From positions 186,001 through 250,000 of the forward strand of contig NZ_SBIV01000006.1 in assembly GCF_004765795.1 (NCBI RefSeq): 64,000 bases of DNA, written 5' to 3'. The stretch's first letter is position 1, and every line of letters starts with the position of its first letter. The notes beneath the pieces were generated by a model. The model did not search any database. It worked only from the letters and a program-made list of their open reading frames with translations, and was not told where the DNA came from. Positions 60,587-64,000 of the stretch are shown in pieces. A program made the position numbers and the translations under genes. The DNA is from Halorussus marinus (GTDB taxonomy: Archaea > Halobacteriota > Halobacteria > Halobacteriales > Haladaptataceae).

Positions 60587-60762
60587 CTTCTCAACAACCA
60601 CCGAACCCCCACTTTCACTACGCCGACTCTCTGAAAACCGCCAGCAAGCGCCACCCGCAACATGAGTCATGTTCGACTCTCCCAGCCCAAACCGGTGATC
60701 GAACACCTGAACCCCAAGCTATACGGGGATTATCCTCGACTCTCAGAAAACACGGGCAGAAG

Positions 60763-60835
60763 TGGGCCGGCGCGAATTCGAATCGCGGTTACGGCCACCC
60801 GAAGGCCGAAGGATACCAAGCTACCCCACCGGCCC
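60763..60835 (-). tRNA. tRNA-Pro (anticodon CGG); integration target
   Basis: Cloverleaf GGGCCGG...CGGCC-TTCGGGT-GGCCG...CGCGA-TTCGAAT-TCGCG-CCGGCCC-A. Confidence 0.95.
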
Positions 60836-60882
60836 GCAGGTGAATCGTGGGGCGCGCCGCGTTTAATAGTTCCGAAATAGGG

Positions 60883-61329
60883 TCACTTCTCGGTCGCGGA
60901 TTCGACGTACTCCACGGCGTCGCGCGGGGTCTCGACCGGCTCGACGCCCGGGGCGTCGTGGGTGCCCAGCCCCGCGATCGGGCGGTCGAAGACGCCCGCG
61001 AACCCCAGTTCCGAGAGCGTGCCCGAGCCGCCGTCGATCGCGACGACCGCGTCGCCGTTCAACACGACCAGCCCGTTGCGTGCGTGGCCCAGTCCGGTGG
61101 CGACGGCCACGTCGACGTCGGGGTTCGCGCTCGCGCGGTCTTCGCCCGGGAGGATGCCGATCGTCGTGGCGCCGGCCTCGCTGGCGCCCCGGCAGGCGGC
61201 CGCCATCACGCCGCCAAGCCCGCCACAGACCAGCGTGTGCCCGCGCTCGCCCAGCAGTCGGCCGACGCGCTCGGCCCGCTCGGCGGTCGCGTCGGGGACC
61301 GCGCTCCCGCCGATGACGCTGACCCGCAC
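60883..61329 (-). CDS. TIGR00725/LOG-family Rossmann-fold protein
   Basis: VCGGLGGVM, GILPG, ARN, GSGTLSE; GTG start. Confidence 0.85.
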   Translation of the reverse strand: MRVSVIGGSAVPDATAERAERVGRLLGERGHTLVCGGLGGVMAAACRGASEAGATTIGILPGEDRASANPDVDVAVATGLGHARNGLVVLNGDAVVAIDGGSGTLSELGFAGVFDRPIAGLGTHDAPGVEPVETPRDAVEYVESATEK

Positions 61330-61331
61330 CG

Positions 61332-61928
61332 TCAGTACCTCTCGAATCCGTCGGTGTCGAGGTAGTTGTGCGCGACCGTGATCGCGTGGTCGGCGTGGAG
61401 CAGCGCCGGCCCGAGCCGGACCCGTTCGTCGGCGGTCTCGTCGAGCAGTGCCGACTCGTCCGCGGTGAAATCGCGGTGGTCCGAGAGGACGAACACCGGA
61501 TCCTCGGGCGGCCTCACGTCGGCGACCGGGTCGCCGTCCTCGTGGAGCTGGACGACCGTCCCCGAGCGAGCGGCCTCCGTCAAGACGGGCTCGACGCCGC
61601 GCTTCGAGAGGTGGACGCCCGGCGAGCTCTCGACCGCCATGTGGCCGACGGCCTCGTCTCTCTGTTCGAGCGCGTTCCGGATCAGGGCGGCCGTCGAGCG
61701 CTCGTCGGGGTTGAGCCGCCGGAGCTCGCTCCCCTCGAACCGGATCGCCACCTCGTCGCTCAACACGAGGACGACCCGCACGTCCTCGCGGATGTCGTGC
61801 GAGAGGAAAAACGCGGAGTTGACACACCGACAGAGCACGTCGAGGCGCCCCGCGGCGCCCGCCAGATCGTCGAGCGAGAACTCCGGGCTCGTCGGCGCGT
61901 CGTGGCCGAGCACGATGAACTGTCGCAT
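61332..61928 (-). CDS. trmY: tRNA (pseudouridine54-N1)-methyltransferase
   Basis: [28 protein letters not shown] (SPOUT fold). Confidence 0.92.
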   Translation of the reverse strand: MRQFIVLGHDAPTSPEFSLDDLAGAAGRLDVLCRCVNSAFFLSHDIREDVRVVLVLSDEVAIRFEGSELRRLNPDERSTAALIRNALEQRDEAVGHMAVESSPGVHLSKRGVEPVLTEAARSGTVVQLHEDGDPVADVRPPEDPVFVLSDHRDFTADESALLDETADERVRLGPALLHADHAITVAHNYLDTDGFERY

Positions 61929-62201
61929 GCCTCGGCGTTCGTCGGTGAGGAATTTACGCCCGTCGAACCGGCCCGATCGCCGGGTTCGCGGTCGGACTCG
62001 CCGCCCGCCCGCGGTTTCCGAGCGTTACAATCGGCGTCTGACTCTCCGAGGCGCGGTTCGTGGGTCGGCCTGAACGCTCGTGTGCCGGCGCATAACAATG
62101 TGTGTGTCCGCCTACGGTTGGTGGTACGAGCCGATAACGCGACGCTAACCCGCGGATCGAGCGAGGTAGCGTCGACGTATCGGCAGTAGGACTACACAAA
62201 C

Positions 62202-63365
62202 ATGAAGCTCGCAATGATCGGCTTCGGGCAAGCAGGCGGGAAGATCGTGGACAAGTTCGTCGAGTACGACCGCCAGACCGGGAGCGACGTCGTCCGGTCG
62301 GCGATCGCGGTCAACACCGCGGAGGCCGACCTCGCGGGGCTCGAGGAGATCCCCGAACGCAACCGCGTACTCATCGGTCAGGCCCGCGTGAAGGGCCACG
62401 GCGTCGGCGCCGACAACGAACTCGGCGCGGAGATCGCCGAGGCGGACGCCGGCGAGATACAGGGGGCGATCGACGACGTCCCGGTCCACGAGATCGACGC
62501 GTTTCTCGTGGTCGCGGGGCTGGGCGGTGGCACCGGGTCGGGCGGCGCGCCCGTCCTCGCGAACCACCTCAAACGGATCTACACCGAACCCGTCTACGGG
62601 CTGGGCGTCCTGCCCGCACAGGACGAGGGCGGCATCTACACCCTGAACGCCGCCCGGTCGTTCAAGACGTTCGTCGACGAAGTCGACAATCTGTTGGTGT
62701 TCGACAACGACGCGTGGCGCGAGACCGGCGAGTCGGTCCGGGGCGGCTACGACCGGCTCAACGAGGAGATCGTCCGGCGGTTCGGCGTCCTGTTCGGCGC
62801 CGGCGAGGTCGGGCGCGACGACGCGATCGCAGAGAGCGTCGTCGATTCGAGCGAGATCATCAACACGCTCGCCTGCGGCGGCGTCTCGACCATCGGCTAC
62901 GCCGCCGAGGAAGTCGCGGCGACCGACGGCGGACTCCTCGGGCGCTTCACCGACGACGAGATCGACGCCACCGAGACCACCAACCGGCTCACCAGCCTCG
63001 TCCGGAAGGCCACGCTCGGTCGGCTCACCCTCCCGTGTAACGTCGAGAGCACCGAGCGCTCGCTGGTGGTCACCAGCGGGCCGCCCGAACACCTCAACCG
63101 GAAGGGCATCGAGCGCGGGCGCAAGTGGCTCGAATCCGAGACCGAGTCGATGGAGGTCCGGGGCGGCGACTACCCCATCCGGGACGCCGGCCGGGTCGGC
63201 GCGGTGGCGTTGCTGTCGGGCGTGAGCGACGTGCCACGGGTGAAAGAGCTTCAGGGCGTCGCGGTCGAGACCCGGGACAACATCGAGTCGATGCGCGAGG
63301 AGAGCGACCGGAACCTCCAGCGACTCGTACACGACGAGGCCGAAGAACTGGAAGCGCTGTTCTGA
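62202..63365 (+). CDS. cetZ: Second CetZ tubulin-like protein, close paralog of the 994-2172 gene
   Basis: MKLAMIGFGQAGGK, GGGTGSG; long blocks identical to CetZ1. Confidence 0.9.
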   Translation: MKLAMIGFGQAGGKIVDKFVEYDRQTGSDVVRSAIAVNTAEADLAGLEEIPERNRVLIGQARVKGHGVGADNELGAEIAEADAGEIQGAIDDVPVHEIDAFLVVAGLGGGTGSGGAPVLANHLKRIYTEPVYGLGVLPAQDEGGIYTLNAARSFKTFVDEVDNLLVFDNDAWRETGESVRGGYDRLNEEIVRRFGVLFGAGEVGRDDAIAESVVDSSEIINTLACGGVSTIGYAAEEVAATDGGLLGRFTDDEIDATETTNRLTSLVRKATLGRLTLPCNVESTERSLVVTSGPPEHLNRKGIERGRKWLESETESMEVRGGDYPIRDAGRVGAVALLSGVSDVPRVKELQGVAVETRDNIESMREESDRNLQRLVHDEAEELEALF

Positions 63366-63471
63366 CGGCACGCGGTCGGGTCGCTCGGAGGGACCGACCG
63401 CCGTCCGGTCGGCGGTGTTTTCGGAGAGCGACGCGACGAGTGGGCGAGACCGACCGAACCGTTCCGAGGGC

Positions 63472-63636
63472 TCACCAGACGCGGACCGCGGGGGTCTCGC
63501 AGTCTTCGCACACCACGGCGTCGTCTCCCTTGAATCGCCCGCGGACGAGCGTCCCGGAACTACACCAGTCGCAGTCGTCGCCCGCGAGGGTCGCCAGCAC
63601 CGAGTCGGTCGCGTGTCGAGCGGAGGATCGCTGCAT
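63472..63636 (-). CDS. Small CxxC...CxxC zinc-finger protein (54 aa)
   Basis: Manual translation ...CDWCSSGTLVRGRFKGDDAVVCEDCETPAVRVW*. Confidence 0.75.
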   Translation of the reverse strand: MQRSSARHATDSVLATLAGDDCDWCSSGTLVRGRFKGDDAVVCEDCETPAVRVW

Positions 63637-63709
63637 CGTTTCGAACCCTACGGCGTCGGCGTATGAAAGTGTCGGTTCGGGAAGTGATCCCGGAGGCGCG
63701 CCCGTCGGC

Positions 63710-64000
63710 TCACATCTGGATCTTCCACGTCCACCGCGAGTCGAGGTAGTACCGGTAGATGCCGCTGAGGAAGATCGCGATGCCGTTGCCGAGCAGGTAC
63801 ATGAGCCCGCCCCACGTCACGAACGCGTAGAGGAGTCCGACCTGCAGGGGGATCGCGGTCCCACGGACGATGTTCGTCCGGACAAGCCCCACTAGATACT
63901 GGACCCGGGAGGTGTGCTGGGCGTGCTGGAACGTCCAGGCGTTGTTGACGACGTACTGGAGGAGGATGGTGGTCTCGATCGAGAGCGTCGCCGCGACCAG
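63710..64000 (-). CDS. GtrA-family membrane protein, 3' part
   Basis: NNAWTF...YLLGNGIAI...SRWTW; open to the window edge. Confidence 0.75.
   Translation of the reverse strand: MVAATLSIETTILLQYVVNNAWTFQHAQHTSRVQYLVGLVRTNIVRGTAIPLQVGLLYAFVTWGGLMYLLGNGIAIFLSGIYRYYLDSRWTWKIQM

Overview
High-GC haloarchaeal (Halobacteria) chromosome segment. Positions 1-23.2 kb and 60.8-64 kb are host genes: cofC, cetZ1, tmk, a Trk/K+-channel cluster, nucleoside phosphorylase, PfkB kinase, R15P isomerase, a sensor kinase, trkA, secreted proteins, tRNA-Pro(CGG), trmY and a second cetZ. Between them lies a ~37.5 kb lower-GC integrated element (23300-60794) inserted in the 3' half of tRNA-Pro. It is bounded by a direct repeat whose left copy is split by a 54-bp double-hairpin insert. 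The element carries: (i) a tyrosine integrase and a catalytically degenerate serine-resolvase homolog; (ii) a 144-bp imperfect palindrome (candidate origin) ahead of a translationally coupled operon encoding an acidic protein, a UvrD-like SF1 helicase and a Prim-Pol; (iii) a ~3.5 kb cassette, bracketed by hairpin-(GA)n direct repeats, holding a propeptide-less proteasome-beta-like Ntn hydrolase coupled to a 49-aa acidic peptide ending in GGE (Pup-like, missed by the ORF track), plus an intact serine resolvase; (iv) a defence island of McrB/McrC, DUF1156 methyltransferase, DUF499 ATPase, SNF2 helicase with partner, and DUF1998 helicase; (v) a Tat-exported hydrolase with a regulator. A 25-bp bipartite motif recurs at least 7 times within the element. 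No capsid, conjugation or CRISPR genes were recognised. All family assignments come from motif recognition by eye, not database searches, and GC statements are visual estimates.
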